Source: a virus
Reading direction: 5' to 3' (one strand)
IMG/VR virus record: IMGVR_UViG_3300044680_000048
Span: 47,991 to 111,990 of that record
Length of the DNA stretch: 64,000 bases
In this document: positions 54,761 to 63,200 of the stretch, piece by piece
Layout: every line of letters begins with the position of its first letter
How positions within the stretch are numbered: position 1 is the stretch's first letter
The notes under the pieces: model-generated
Told to the model about the DNA's origin: nothing
The model's database searches: none
The model's input: the letters and a program-made list of their open reading frames with translations, nothing else
Program-made: the position numbers and the translations under genes

Positions 54761-55429
54761 ATGAAACATATCTTCATGATTCTTTTATCTTTCTTTTTGG
54801 CTCTGCCCTGTTATTCGGCAGAGCCTTTTTTGGCTATATACTCTAGTATGGATGCTGTTAATGGATGGAATACCTACTATCCGGGAAAGATAGATCTTCT
54901 TTATTCCGCCAATGACTGGGAGGGACTAGACTACTTCCTACAGAAGGTTAAGGATCAAGCTAAACCGGAACAAGAGATAATAATAGATATATCCTGCCAC
55001 GGAAGTGGACAAACCGGACTCTTAGGGTTATGTGATGAAGAACAGGATCACTGGAAGGATGCTAGTCTAGGACTAGTAGTAAATCATATAAGGCAATTCT
55101 TGCCGGAAGAGCGGGTAACTCTAATATTAGACGCTTGTTATGCACCATTAGTATATGAACACTCTCTCAGGACATATTATACAACTCATACAGCAACTGT
55201 ATGGACGGAAACCTATGATGAAAAAGATATCCCTTTTCCGGTATATGGAATACGGGAATCAAAACCCAACTTATTCAGGCTAACCCTAGAGAGCTACTTA
55301 GCTAAAGATTTTGAATTAATAACTGACCTTCGGCAATTTGATGATCCCTTCTTGCCGGTAGAACATGACTTAATATCTAAATATAAAATGAACCTTAAAT
55401 TCCACAACTTAGACAATAAGATTAAATAA
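54761..55429 (+). CDS. secreted clan CD (caspase/metacaspase-fold)-like protein
   Basis: 222 aa. Signal peptide MKHIFMILLSFFLALPCYSA|E. A His-Gly after a hydrophobic strand (IIIDISCHGS) and a Cys after a second hydrophobic strand (TLILDACYAP) give the spacing and pattern of the clan CD catalytic dyad. Confidence 0.4.
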   Translation: MKHIFMILLSFFLALPCYSAEPFLAIYSSMDAVNGWNTYYPGKIDLLYSANDWEGLDYFLQKVKDQAKPEQEIIIDISCHGSGQTGLLGLCDEEQDHWKDASLGLVVNHIRQFLPEERVTLILDACYAPLVYEHSLRTYYTTHTATVWTETYDEKDIPFPVYGIRESKPNLFRLTLESYLAKDFELITDLRQFDDPFLPVEHDLISKYKMNLKFHNLDNKIK

Positions 55430-55434
55430 AAGTA

Positions 55435-55443
55435 TGGTATGAT
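55435..55443 (+). promoter_or_regulatory. extended -10 promoter TGgTATGAT
   Basis: The same TGGTATRAT element as at 8199, 44159 and 61406, about 105 nt upstream of the HNH ORF. Confidence 0.4.
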
Positions 55444-55547
55444 ACTCCTATAGATAGTAGGAGATGTGGAATTTGCTCAAACCTTTTTTAGGACTATTAC
55501 TTACAGTAAGTCTTGCCGTCTTCCTGCCAGAGTTGGTTAAAGAATAA

Positions 55548-56243
55548 ATGCCTAGAAAACCCTTTGAGGACTTAACCGGAAGCACTTGTGGAAGATACCA
55601 AGTAATCTGTCTAGACCATGTAGGTCCTAACTTCCATTATAATTTTAAATGTCTTTGTAATCTTTGCGGAAAAGAAGTTGTACAAAACCGCACTAGAATA
55701 GTAAAGGATTTGGGACACTTTAATTGCCTTCCCATTGAGAAAAAGACCAAACATGGGGATAGTAGAAGAAATGAGTTTGGCGGGAAGACCATTCTCTACT
55801 CTAGATGGTCTGCACTGGTTGCTAGAACTACTAAGACTTATCTTGATTGTTCAGTTAATTACATTGAACGGGGGATAGATATTACAGAAAAGTGGACTGG
55901 TGGTGGAGAAGGTTATCTAAACTTCAAAAACTGGGCTTACGGGAAATACCCTAATTTAGATGAACTTCTAGAACAGGGGTATGAACTCGACCGGGAAGAT
56001 AACGATAAAGGGTATTCCGAAGAAAATTGTAGGTTTGTATCCCACAAGACTAATATGAGAAACCAGAGAATAACAAAAAAAGTTGAATGGAAGGGTCAGC
56101 TTCTACCTATCGGAGACATTATAGAGCAGGAAAATTGTCCTTATTCTTATGGTGTGGTGTCCGGCAGACTTAAATTAGGATGGAGTATGGTTGATACCTT
56201 AACAGTTCCGTACACTCCTGGGAAAAGAGGCTGGAGAAAATGA
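55548..56243 (+). CDS. free-standing HNH homing endonuclease-like protein
   Basis: 231 aa. N-terminal Zn module, then ELDREDNDKGYSEENCRFVSHKTNMRNQR, which is typical of the phage HNH C-terminal core. Confidence 0.7.
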   Translation: MPRKPFEDLTGSTCGRYQVICLDHVGPNFHYNFKCLCNLCGKEVVQNRTRIVKDLGHFNCLPIEKKTKHGDSRRNEFGGKTILYSRWSALVARTTKTYLDCSVNYIERGIDITEKWTGGGEGYLNFKNWAYGKYPNLDELLEQGYELDREDNDKGYSEENCRFVSHKTNMRNQRITKKVEWKGQLLPIGDIIEQENCPYSYGVVSGRLKLGWSMVDTLTVPYTPGKRGWRK

Positions 56244-57526
56244 AAACATTAATTTTTCTAAGTGACCAAGCGGGACCTGCACAACTTACGGCTATTAATC
56301 CTCACAAGTGGTTAATGGCTTATGGAGTAGAGACGGATTATGAGTGTATTCTTCCCTCAGACAGTGGAGTTCCAGGAAGCTCCTTCAATGCCCTAGTTAA
56401 GCAAATTGCCAGGTATGATTTAATTGCAGTTCAACGTGTAACTCAATTAGATATCATGAAGATGATAAGGTCTGCATGTGACCTATTAGGTAAACCTCTT
56501 CTACTTATTTTAGATGACAATTACGTACATCTAGAAAGACACAACCCTTGTCATTTTAGTACCGCCCTTGGTGGCACAATACAAATGTACCGGCAGCTTC
56601 AGATGGAAGGAAAGAATGAAGAGGCTAATGCCCTCATTCCTCTTCTAGAAATGGAAAGAGTTAAGGGACAACAAGAACTTAAGGAAGCTTGGGCACTGCC
56701 CGATCATGTTATTGTGACTACTGATGAACTAGCTGATGTAGTACGTCCCTATAATAGAAATATTTCCGTCTTCTGTAATAACATGGAAAGAGTTCATTGG
56801 GAAACGGACCTCAGTATTGAAGAAGCCGGTCCCGATGGAATGCTTAAGGGAACTTCTAATACATTTGGGCTAGGTACTATTCCCTCTTACTATGCCGATA
56901 ATGAAGGTAAACTACAAAAAGTAGTACGTGTGGGGTATACAGGAACTTCTACCCACCAAGAAGACTATAAGACCATTGAGTCATCCTTAAATAAAGTATT
57001 GGATAAGTACCACGGGAAGATTTGGATGGTGTATATTGGAGATCCTTGGTTCTTTCAAAGACGGATGGACCATTGTTATAAAGCAGGTTTAGGGGCACAA
57101 AAGAGAACACACTTTATTCCCGCAACACCTTTTGATACTTACCAATTGAATGTCCGGAATATTGATATAGGACTGGCTCCTTTAGAGCCTACTCCATTTA
57201 ATATGAGTAAGAGTGACCTAAAGGCACTAGAATATTCTGCGTGGTCAGCTTGTTCAATTTTACCACATTATGTAACCTACAGTAGAGCCTTTGTCCATAA
57301 GGAGACAGCCCTACTTTACCGGAATTCAGAAGAATTTGAAAAATACCTAGAAGAATTAATTAATAATGAAAGACTCCGGAAGAAATTAGGGAATAACGCC
57401 CGTAATTATATAGCTAATAACAGATTAGAGAAACACCACAGTCTCAGGAGATATGAATTGTATAAATCATTGATTGCCACAAGCCCTGGATTGAAAATCT
57501 TCCAGCCAGAGGCAGTAGCAGTATGA
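56240..57526 (+). CDS. GT-B-fold glycosyltransferase (GT1/GT4-like)
   Basis: 428 aa. The C-terminal region KALEYSAW....LPHYV.......VHKETALLYRNSEEFEKYLEELINNERLRKKLGNNARNYI resembles the GT4 nucleotide-sugar binding half. Confidence 0.65.
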   Translation: MKTLIFLSDQAGPAQLTAINPHKWLMAYGVETDYECILPSDSGVPGSSFNALVKQIARYDLIAVQRVTQLDIMKMIRSACDLLGKPLLLILDDNYVHLERHNPCHFSTALGGTIQMYRQLQMEGKNEEANALIPLLEMERVKGQQELKEAWALPDHVIVTTDELADVVRPYNRNISVFCNNMERVHWETDLSIEEAGPDGMLKGTSNTFGLGTIPSYYADNEGKLQKVVRVGYTGTSTHQEDYKTIESSLNKVLDKYHGKIWMVYIGDPWFFQRRMDHCYKAGLGAQKRTHFIPATPFDTYQLNVRNIDIGLAPLEPTPFNMSKSDLKALEYSAWSACSILPHYVTYSRAFVHKETALLYRNSEEFEKYLEELINNERLRKKLGNNARNYIANNRLEKHHSLRRYELYKSLIATSPGLKIFQPEAVAV

Positions 57527-57810
57527 TAATTCCCCTGAATATTATCCATATTTCATCAGACATGGAAGCTTTAGACTTTAACTTTCAGAAACACATAGAT
57601 TTTGCAATTAAACAGGGTTGTAATAGGATGGTGAGCCTAAAATATGAGAAATACGACCATCTTATTTGTGCTTTTAAGTTTCCAGAAACAGAAGAAGAGA
57701 TTAAAGAAGTAGACGAATGGTTTTGGAATTATGAAGGCCCAAGTCATGATCTTAAGAACTATGACATTATAGACCTTACACCTAGAGCTAAAGAATTAGG
57801 AGTAGCATGA
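57523..57810 (+). CDS. hypothetical protein (95 aa)
   Basis: ATGA overlap with the upstream gene. Confidence 0.45.
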   Translation: MIIPLNIIHISSDMEALDFNFQKHIDFAIKQGCNRMVSLKYEKYDHLICAFKFPETEEEIKEVDEWFWNYEGPSHDLKNYDIIDLTPRAKELGVA

Positions 57811-58100
57811 ACCTCCAAGAAATACTAGATGAGCTTCCGCCGGAACAAAGAAAAAGAATTAGAGATAGAGCAGTAGAGTTGCTGATATCAGACCTCTTTC
57901 CCTTTCAAGAATACAAGCTTGAAAACGACTATTTTATTAAATGGGATGTGAGAGTTTTTGAATCAGGTAATAATAAGATTCCCTTTATATATGGTGGACG
58001 GGGTTGTGATATGGAATCCATCCGTCTAGTTTCTAGGGTAGATAAGTTCATAAAAGATGGAAATAGTATACCAGAGGTAGACAATGCAGACAAAGATTAA
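57807..58100 (+). CDS. hypothetical protein (97 aa)
   Basis: ATGA overlap with the upstream gene. Confidence 0.45.
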   Translation: MNLQEILDELPPEQRKRIRDRAVELLISDLFPFQEYKLENDYFIKWDVRVFESGNNKIPFIYGGRGCDMESIRLVSRVDKFIKDGNSIPEVDNADKD

Positions 58101-58674
58101 ACCAGCAACTCTTAAGCCCGCTATTAAGGGATTTGTAGTAGGGAGACGCCGGAAAAGACCTGATATGACTACTGGAGGTATAGCTCTTCCGGATACCTAT
58201 CTTACCGGTCAAGATGGCATTACTAATACAGAATACAGATTAGTAGAAGTACTTTCCGTTCCATCTGATTTAAAAAAGACAGTTAAGGTAAGCGGGTTCA
58301 TACTAGCACATGAGTTGGACTGTGTACCTTTTGCTTTGAGTGCAGAGGAGTATGAATTACAATCTATTCCCTGGAGCCAAGTTTATGCTTACGGGAAAAC
58401 TGTAGAAACCCTCAAGCCCCTTAGGGATGTAGTATTCATTAAGGAAGATGAACAAAAAGAAGAAGTAACTTCCGGTGGGCTTATTCTTCCCTCTTTCGCC
58501 AGAGGCATTGATAAATTTGGCACAGTAATGAAGCAAACGGGACCAGAAGTTAAAGAATTAAAGGGTGGAGATAGAGTTTTTTGGCTCAAAGGATATGGCT
58601 TAAATTTTAGTTCCGGAGAGTCCAAATTCTTGGCTATTTCTGAGAAAGATATCGTGGCTACGGTGGGAGAATAA
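58084..58674 (+). CDS. tandem (duplicated) GroES/Cpn10-like co-chaperonin
   Basis: 196 aa with two GroES-like halves.
- First half: LKPAIKGFVVGRRRKRPDMTTGGIALPDT...VKVSGFIL.
- Second half: LKPLRDVVFIKEDEQKEEVTSGGLILPS...GTVMKQTGP...LKGGDRVFW. Confidence 0.6.
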   Translation: MQTKIKPATLKPAIKGFVVGRRRKRPDMTTGGIALPDTYLTGQDGITNTEYRLVEVLSVPSDLKKTVKVSGFILAHELDCVPFALSAEEYELQSIPWSQVYAYGKTVETLKPLRDVVFIKEDEQKEEVTSGGLILPSFARGIDKFGTVMKQTGPEVKELKGGDRVFWLKGYGLNFSSGESKFLAISEKDIVATVGE

Positions 58675-58675
58675 C

Positions 58676-59059
58676 ATGGGGAGCAGTTCACAGAATTGGA
58701 AAAATTCCGAATCCCTCTTTGCCAAAGTTCTTAATAAATTCAAAATTCCGGCAAAAAGAAAGATGGAACGTGCTGGTAACTATGCTCTCAGTGATTATGA
58801 TGTAGAGATTGAAGGGTACAGTTTCTTTAAAGGAGACAGTAAGTATTCTGCCTCCAACCCCTACAGACATCACGGGAAGATTAAGGAGATTGAATCTAAG
58901 TATTGTAAGGAGGAAGGAGATGTTCCCGTACTCTACACCCGCAATTATAAAGAGCATGGAGGTTATATTTCTGTTAAAGATGAGTATTTTGCTATGCTTC
59001 TATCCTACTGGTTAGGGTTTGGTACTAAAGACGAACTTATGGAGATTTATAAAGGATGA
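58676..59059 (+). CDS. hypothetical protein, possible PD-(D/E)XK nuclease (127 aa)
   Basis: E..LFAKVL...IPAKR...SDYDVEIEG...GDSKYS is a weak D...ExK-like pattern. Confidence 0.35.
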   Translation: MGSSSQNWKNSESLFAKVLNKFKIPAKRKMERAGNYALSDYDVEIEGYSFFKGDSKYSASNPYRHHGKIKEIESKYCKEEGDVPVLYTRNYKEHGGYISVKDEYFAMLLSYWLGFGTKDELMEIYKG

Positions 59060-59898
59060 GGTGGTTAATCTCCAGTATCGGTAGCCGTGAAGAACTTAAT
59101 GGATTGACCAATACAGTTCGGAGGAGTTATATGAGTCCGTCTATTGTCAAGATGGTGGACATATTTGAAGACAATTATAATAAGTCTCCAGCGATCTTTT
59201 ATGGAAGTATAAATGCTTGTAATAAGATTTTTCAAGATAATCCAGACTGGCCTTGTTTCTACTTTCCTGAAAAGATGACTTGTCAATATTACTACTCCCA
59301 TTGGAATGGACTATTAATTAATAGGCATTACTCCATGATGCCAATCTCTGAGTTTTTCTCTCGGATAGTTGAAGTTTTTGATAGTTATGGAGAGGTCCAT
59401 AATGGATTAACTGATGATATAAATCCTATTACTGAATTAGCAGTATTTGTACGGCCTAATTCTAATGATAAGATTTTTACTGGAAGACCTGTTTTTAAAA
59501 GCCAGGTTCATTCCTTTAAGCGACATATAGAGATGTTAGACCTCCCTCTAGAAACTCTTATTGTAGTGGCTCAGCCAGTAAAGATATTAGAAGAATATAG
59601 GTGTGTAATTCACCATAATAAGTTTGTAACCGGCTCTAAGTACTATGTATTTGATGAGTTAGAAGGACACTTACCAGAGTATGGTGAAGTTCCCGCAGAT
59701 GTAATAGAGTTTGCTGAATCAGTACCACATCTAGAGGGTTTGCCAATTTATGTCCTAGATGTGGGAAGAACAGAACAGGGGTTGGGAATCTTAGAAATGG
59801 GTTCTGTTCATTGTACTGGGTTTTATGAGATGGACCTCCAAAAGTTCGTTTCAGCTGTGGGAGGAGAGGTTATGTCAAAGTGGGGTTGGTTGGATTGA
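59056..59898 (+). CDS. ATP-grasp-like protein (putative)
   Basis: 280 aa. VFVRPNSNDKIFTG, VAQPVKILEEYRCVI and YVLDVGRTEQGLGILEMGSVHC resemble phage ATP-grasp (DUF4343-like) proteins. Confidence 0.4.
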   Translation: MRWLISSIGSREELNGLTNTVRRSYMSPSIVKMVDIFEDNYNKSPAIFYGSINACNKIFQDNPDWPCFYFPEKMTCQYYYSHWNGLLINRHYSMMPISEFFSRIVEVFDSYGEVHNGLTDDINPITELAVFVRPNSNDKIFTGRPVFKSQVHSFKRHIEMLDLPLETLIVVAQPVKILEEYRCVIHHNKFVTGSKYYVFDELEGHLPEYGEVPADVIEFAESVPHLEGLPIYVLDVGRTEQGLGILEMGSVHCTGFYEMDLQKFVSAVGGEVMSKWGWLD

Positions 59899-59930
59899 AG
59901 GAAGATAAGAAGAAAGAAGATAAAGATGTA

Positions 59931-60947
59931 ATGAAGCATCTTTCTAATGTTGCTAAGAAACATAAGATACTCAAGCGGGAAGAGGAATTTGAACTTGTTG
60001 CCGCCTATAAGATTCCTATAAAGAAGACTTATGACACATTAGCAAAGAGATTCCCGCAAGAGGAGAAGGAAACTGCTAAACAGTTCCATAACCGTATTTA
60101 TGAATTAGCTAAAAGTTCCACCCTTACTAAGGGAAATAAGTACTTCTCTCCTGGTGCCGCAAGAGCATTAGATTTACTAATTAAGCATAATATCCGTATT
60201 ATCCTTAAGTACAGCCGGATGGCTTATCTTAAAGAGTCTGCCCGGAAGAAGGGTGCCCCTAATCTAGAAACCTATGACCACTTCGTAGAAGGACTTTTAG
60301 GATTTATCCATGGATTAGATAAGTTCGATCAAACTAAAGTTACTAAAGAGGGTCTTCCCCTAAGACTTGGTACATATGTATTTTCTTGGATTAAGCAGAG
60401 TATACGCCGTGGTATACAGGATAAAGAAGCTACTATCCGGATTCCTATCCATATTCATGACCAAGTAGATAAGCTTAGAAGAGTCTTCGGGCAATGGTGT
60501 TCTGAACACCCTGAGTCACTCTCACCTCCTCCTAAGCAGCTAGCAGAGATTTATAATAAAGTCTACCCGGAAGAGAAGATGGATGAAGATACTGCTGCTA
60601 GACTGGGTAGGTATCTTGATACTATCAAGTCTCTAGACCAGACCTGTAATGATGAAGAGAATATGGATGGTTATGCCTTCCTGGAAGCCGAAGATAGTAA
60701 GTATGGGGCTACAGAACAGACGGAAAAGTCTTTAAACCACGAAAATCTACTAAAGCTTATAGGACAATTACACCCTAGTGATCAACAGTTTATGACTCTT
60801 CGTTATGGGCTTCTTGATGGAATTGACCGTTCAGATAAAGAAATTTCTGTCATTATAGGCTGTAAGCCATACGAAGTAAAGAAACGGGAAATAGAAATTA
60901 TCGAATACTTAAAGGGTCTAGCTAATCCAGCAGAATTTAGCCTGTAG
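59931..60947 (+). CDS. sigma-70 family RNA polymerase sigma factor
   Basis: Region 2 is NIRIILKYSR...FVEGLLGFIHGLDKFD...RLGTYVFSWIKQSIRRGI. Region 4 is FMTLRYGLLDGIDRSDKEISVIIGCKPYEVKKREIEIIEYLK. The ATG at 59931 is preferred over the GTG at 59880. Confidence 0.88.
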   Translation: MKHLSNVAKKHKILKREEEFELVAAYKIPIKKTYDTLAKRFPQEEKETAKQFHNRIYELAKSSTLTKGNKYFSPGAARALDLLIKHNIRIILKYSRMAYLKESARKKGAPNLETYDHFVEGLLGFIHGLDKFDQTKVTKEGLPLRLGTYVFSWIKQSIRRGIQDKEATIRIPIHIHDQVDKLRRVFGQWCSEHPESLSPPPKQLAEIYNKVYPEEKMDEDTAARLGRYLDTIKSLDQTCNDEENMDGYAFLEAEDSKYGATEQTEKSLNHENLLKLIGQLHPSDQQFMTLRYGLLDGIDRSDKEISVIIGCKPYEVKKREIEIIEYLKGLANPAEFSL

Positions 60948-61371
60948 GTCTTCTAGTCTTAATATCAACCTTAAGATCTTGTGCCCGTTTCTGTATATTC
61001 TGTTCCAGCTTTACTAAACTCAACTCTCTTTCTAGACCAGAGGTAAGGGGAACCATATTGTACTGCTTATCTAGATGGAGGTAATTAGTTCCGTGACTAT
61101 AGAAATCATAGGCTACGATATCATGGTCCAATTTTAGGAGATCTAAGGCATAACTAGTAAGGGTAATAGCTTCTCCAGTATTAATTTCATGACTTTCGAA
61201 TCGAACCTTTACATAATTCAAAAGCGATTCTATCTCTGAGAGTTTGTTATCCACAAAATCTGTATGAGAATTAAAATTCTGAATCATGACATCCGTTTTA
61301 TATAGACTCCAGAGAGCCAATCCAAGAGTTAGAAGAATTGCCAAGAAGACTAAGATTAAATAAAGATCCAA
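60937..61371 (-). CDS. N-terminally anchored membrane protein (144 aa)
   Basis: The TM segment is MDLYLILVFLAILLTLGLALWSLY. It is a lone minus-strand gene in the rightward arm. Confidence 0.5.
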   Translation of the reverse strand: MDLYLILVFLAILLTLGLALWSLYKTDVMIQNFNSHTDFVDNKLSEIESLLNYVKVRFESHEINTGEAITLTSYALDLLKLDHDIVAYDFYSHGTNYLHLDKQYNMVPLTSGLERELSLVKLEQNIQKRAQDLKVDIKTRRPTG

Positions 61372-61405
61372 ATCGAATATATCCTATCAGAAGTAGTAAG
61401 TTCCA

Positions 61406-61414
61406 TGGTATGAT
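61406..61414 (+). promoter_or_regulatory. extended -10 promoter TGgTATGAT, 6 nt from the SNF2 helicase ATG
   Basis: TATGAT at 61409-61414 is followed by tatact and then the ATG at 61421. There is no SD. Confidence 0.45.
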
Positions 61415-61420
61415 TATACT

Positions 61421-63199
61421 ATGATTAAGGCTAGTTTTAGTGGAAAAAACATTAAACTTGAGTGGGAATTAATCTCTGAAAAGAAGCGTATAGAGAAGCT
61501 CAAGAACAGAATTCCCCGCTATGAAATTGACGTAGATGGAGATAGTATACTATCTTCTTATGAGTTCCCGCAAGCCTCTATTAGAGACATATTAGAAGCT
61601 TTTGATGTAGTGCCGGACCCTAAAATCCAAAAACTTATAGACCAGTATCTCATAGAATCTACTCCTATGGACAAGATGGAACCGGAAGAGTTAGATATGT
61701 CGATGTTCCATCTTCCTCCCAAAGAGTACCAACTTAAACTTCTGCAAGTCAATAGGCTGAAGAGAAATATCATCTTAAATATGGGAATAGGTAGTGGTAA
61801 GAGCTACTCCAGTCTCTACCGTTGTAGAATCCTTGCCGGAAACAACACTTTTAAACTATTGGTTATTGCCCCAAAGAATCTTGTAGTTAAGACAGACCAG
61901 TGGAAGAATGAAGTTAAGAAATGTCTTGGGCGGGAAGCTTTAGTTTTCTGGGCTGTTGGAAGTAAGAAGCGGGAAGAACTCCTTAAGAAGGTCAAAGACT
62001 TTGATATTATCCTTACCACATATGACCAAGCCGGTTATCTTACTGGGTTTAAGCCGGACTACATTATCATAGATGAGGGACACCTTATCCGGAAAGAGGG
62101 TTCTAAGAAGCACAAAGCTACCAAGAAACATGTAACTTCTAATCCTAATGCCGGAAAACTCATACTTACCGGAAGCCCCAAGCCTAACAAGTTAGAGAAC
62201 TTATGGGTCCTACTAAATCTTATAGCTCCTACTATTGCCGGAAGCAAGAAGAGCTTCCTCAATAAGTACCAAAAGCCTACTAGGTTCATGAATATCCGGA
62301 AAGTCCTTCCCTCTGGTATAGTTACTACCTTCAGAGTGGCAACGGCGTTTAAGGACATAAACCTAGATGAATTATACACACATATTTCACCAGTAGTTTA
62401 TACTGTTCCCAAATCAGACATTATTAACTTTGAGGACACTCTAGACTTCATTGACTTAGAAATGACACCTAAGCAGAAGAAAGTCTATTATCAACTGGCT
62501 AATGAGCTTCTGGAGAAGAAGAGAGATGGAACCATTCGATATGAAGACGCCCTTCAATATACTCTTAGATTAAATCAAGTTGCGGAAGGTTTATTCAATC
62601 TTCCGGATCTCAACTCTTTGGACTCTAACCACCTAGATTATATAGTATCCATAATTGAAGAGTTAGATGAAGATGAGAAACTTATAATATGGAGCCGGTT
62701 CCAACCTATAACAAACATACTGTATAATAGGTTTAAGGAAAGATCTGTTCTATTTAATGGTACTGTATCTCCGGCAAGAACTAAACTAGGAATTATGGCT
62801 TTTGGGGGAATAACTTCTGAAGAAGAGTACAAACAGTATGAAGAACTGGCTTACCGGCAAAAAGATTGGAGACTTAAGCCTGGAGAAGCCCAATTGTTCT
62901 TAGGAGTAATGCACGAGGTCTCTTCTATTGGAGTAGACAGCTTGCAGAAAGGTTGTTCTTATCAAATAGTAAGTGCTCAATCAGACCTTCTAGCCACAGA
63001 CCATCAGGCAATAGGGAGAATTAGCAGATTAGGTCAATTATCAAGTGAAGTAAGAACAGATTACCTATTTAGCCGGAATAGCCTAGAAAGAACTAAATAC
63101 GAGAACAAATTAGCAGTTTATAAGTCAGGAGTCCATGCCCTAGAGTCTAAACACAGTTCAACTTATGCCCTGATTAAAGAAATAGAAGGAGCCTTATAG
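61421..63199 (+). CDS. SNF2-family helicase/translocase
   Basis: 592 aa. MGIGSGKS (I), IIIDEGH (II), LILTGSPKPNKLENLW (III) and QAIGRISRLGQ (VI). Confidence 0.88.
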   Translation: MIKASFSGKNIKLEWELISEKKRIEKLKNRIPRYEIDVDGDSILSSYEFPQASIRDILEAFDVVPDPKIQKLIDQYLIESTPMDKMEPEELDMSMFHLPPKEYQLKLLQVNRLKRNIILNMGIGSGKSYSSLYRCRILAGNNTFKLLVIAPKNLVVKTDQWKNEVKKCLGREALVFWAVGSKKREELLKKVKDFDIILTTYDQAGYLTGFKPDYIIIDEGHLIRKEGSKKHKATKKHVTSNPNAGKLILTGSPKPNKLENLWVLLNLIAPTIAGSKKSFLNKYQKPTRFMNIRKVLPSGIVTTFRVATAFKDINLDELYTHISPVVYTVPKSDIINFEDTLDFIDLEMTPKQKKVYYQLANELLEKKRDGTIRYEDALQYTLRLNQVAEGLFNLPDLNSLDSNHLDYIVSIIEELDEDEKLIIWSRFQPITNILYNRFKERSVLFNGTVSPARTKLGIMAFGGITSEEEYKQYEELAYRQKDWRLKPGEAQLFLGVMHEVSSIGVDSLQKGCSYQIVSAQSDLLATDHQAIGRISRLGQLSSEVRTDYLFSRNSLERTKYENKLAVYKSGVHALESKHSSTYALIKEIEGAL

Positions 63200-63200
63200 A

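Noticed and set aside
55464-55547. A 27-aa hydrophobic mini-ORF (MWNLLKPFLGLLLTVSLAVFLPELVKE) between the TGGTATGAT promoter and the HNH gene.
   Set aside because: The AGGAG element abuts the ATG with essentially no spacer, and the ORF is very short. I cannot distinguish it from a chance ORF without expression data.
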